DNA of 64,000 bases from Acidimicrobiia bacterium (GTDB taxonomy: Bacteria > Actinomycetota > Acidimicrobiia > Acidimicrobiales > JANYDT01): the NCBI GenBank assembly GCA_031418775.1, contig JANOJN010000016.1, positions 5,771 to 69,770 of the forward strand, in the 5' to 3' direction. Numbering within the stretch: position 1 is the first letter of the stretch; each line of letters begins with the position of its first letter. The notes beneath the pieces were generated by a model, which was given only the letters and a program-made list of their open reading frames with translations, was not told the origin of the DNA and made no database searches. Both the position numbers and the translations under genes were made by a program. Of this stretch, positions 63,473-64,000 are shown piece by piece.

Positions 63473-64000
63473 CGGTCACCGCCGAGGTGTCTCGTGCCGT
63501 TCATGATCTCGTCGAGGTCTTCGGGAAGATCGACATCGTGGTTGAGATCGGGATCGTGTGAAACCGTGGTGCTGATACCTAGAGCAACCCCGAGCGCGAG
63601 TGCCTGGTCGAGGTGCTTGCGAAACGACCCGACGCCGTAGCTGAACTCGAACCGCTCGAGCACGTCGGGGCGAAGCGGAAGCGACATGGCGTTGGTGCCG
63701 TCGAGTCGATGGTCGGGCACGAGCACGATCCCTGAGGATTCGGCGAGCCAACGGAGGTCTCGGGCGAGTGGAAGGTCGCTGTGCACGATCACGGCGCGCT
63801 CGACACCCATGGACTGGAGTTCGTGCACGGCGAGATGAACCGCAGCATTGAGTCCGCGTCCCTCCTCGCGAAGCACGGAGAGGCTCCGCGACTGCGCCCA
63901 GCGTGCGACCCCTTCGTCATCACACACGATCGCCACAGGGAGGCTGTGAGCGGCATCGACGACCGTGTTGGCGAAGCGTTGCGCAAGAACCGAGCGCGCC
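63469..64000 (-). CDS. cofC: 2-phospho-L-lactate/phosphoenolpyruvate guanylyltransferase (F420 biosynthesis), 5' end beyond right window edge
   Basis: ...GLNAAVHLAV...RAVIVHSDLPLARDLRWL...IVLVPDHRLDGTNAMSLP....FEFSYGVGSFRKHLDQA is CofC/FbiD-like. The frame stays open upstream of the listed GVG start (...ARSVLAQRFANTVVDAAHSLPVAIVCDD) to nt 64000. The stop overlaps the PIG-L start by 4 nt. Confidence 0.75.
   Translation of the reverse strand, partial: ARSVLAQRFANTVVDAAHSLPVAIVCDDEGVARWAQSRSLSVLREEGRGLNAAVHLAVHELQSMGVERAVIVHSDLPLARDLRWLAESSGIVLVPDHRLDGTNAMSLPLRPDVLERFEFSYGVGSFRKHLDQALALGVALGISTTVSHDPDLNHDVDLPEDLDEIMNGTRHLGGDR

Noticed and set aside
1-64000. Search by eye for tRNA, rRNA, CRISPR arrays, transposases/IS ends and integrases
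   Set aside because: I recognised no cloverleaf-type conserved tRNA motifs (e.g. GGTTCGAATCC), rRNA-like stretches, repeat-spacer arrays or transposase/integrase-like translations. A covariance-model scan (tRNAscan-SE, Infernal/Rfam) would be needed to exclude small RNAs.

Overview
High-GC, actinobacterial-type chromosomal segment. The phylum assignment is inferred from gene content: mycobacterial-style TA modules, a DUF222/13E12-type HNH gene, F420-related genes and a MoxR-DUF58-VWA operon. All functional calls were made by eye from the supplied translations and from motif recall. No database search was run. I support about 62 protein-coding loci, and they are mostly housekeeping or metabolic. 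They include two sugar ABC-transporter loci with LacI-type control elements, and a GH3 beta-glucosidase. They also include a membrane S1 protease followed by MoxR-DUF58-VWA-VWA. Further calls are acetoacetyl-CoA synthetase, fbaA, pgi, yaaA, a HadAB-like hot-dog dehydratase pair, a DEAD-box helicase and hrpA. There is a LacI / D-aminoacylase / nucleoside phosphorylase / MBL hydrolase cluster, and a Chloroflexus-type malyl-CoA lyase with a CitE-like paralogue. The list ends with xseAB, a PBP4-type peptidase, HU, a PIG-L deacetylase and a partial cofC. Accessory content comprises vapBC, mazEF, a small HNH gene and a DUF222-HNH gene. I saw no rRNA, tRNA, CRISPR array or transposase. The most unusual feature is a tightly packed minus-strand operon at 53742-51316. 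It encodes an Nfu-type Fe-S carrier, two stand-alone Cas4/AddB-like PD-(D/E)XK proteins that both keep the C...CX2CX5C 4Fe-4S signature, and a small 2-TM protein. Other notable points: (1) a GAAC-N4-GTTC SOS-type box sits inside an apparently leaderless promoter of the DUF222-HNH gene; (2) a perfect 15-bp-arm palindrome overlies the mazEF promoter; (3) an HU core is separated by a single-nucleotide frame offset from a stand-alone AKKA-repeat histone-like tail ORF; (4) a 41-bp duplication copies the 3' end of an SPFH gene; (5) there are many disrupted genes (sulfatase, GDPD, NfuA-like, molybdopterin oxidoreductase). The disruptions point either to gene decay or to assembly indels.
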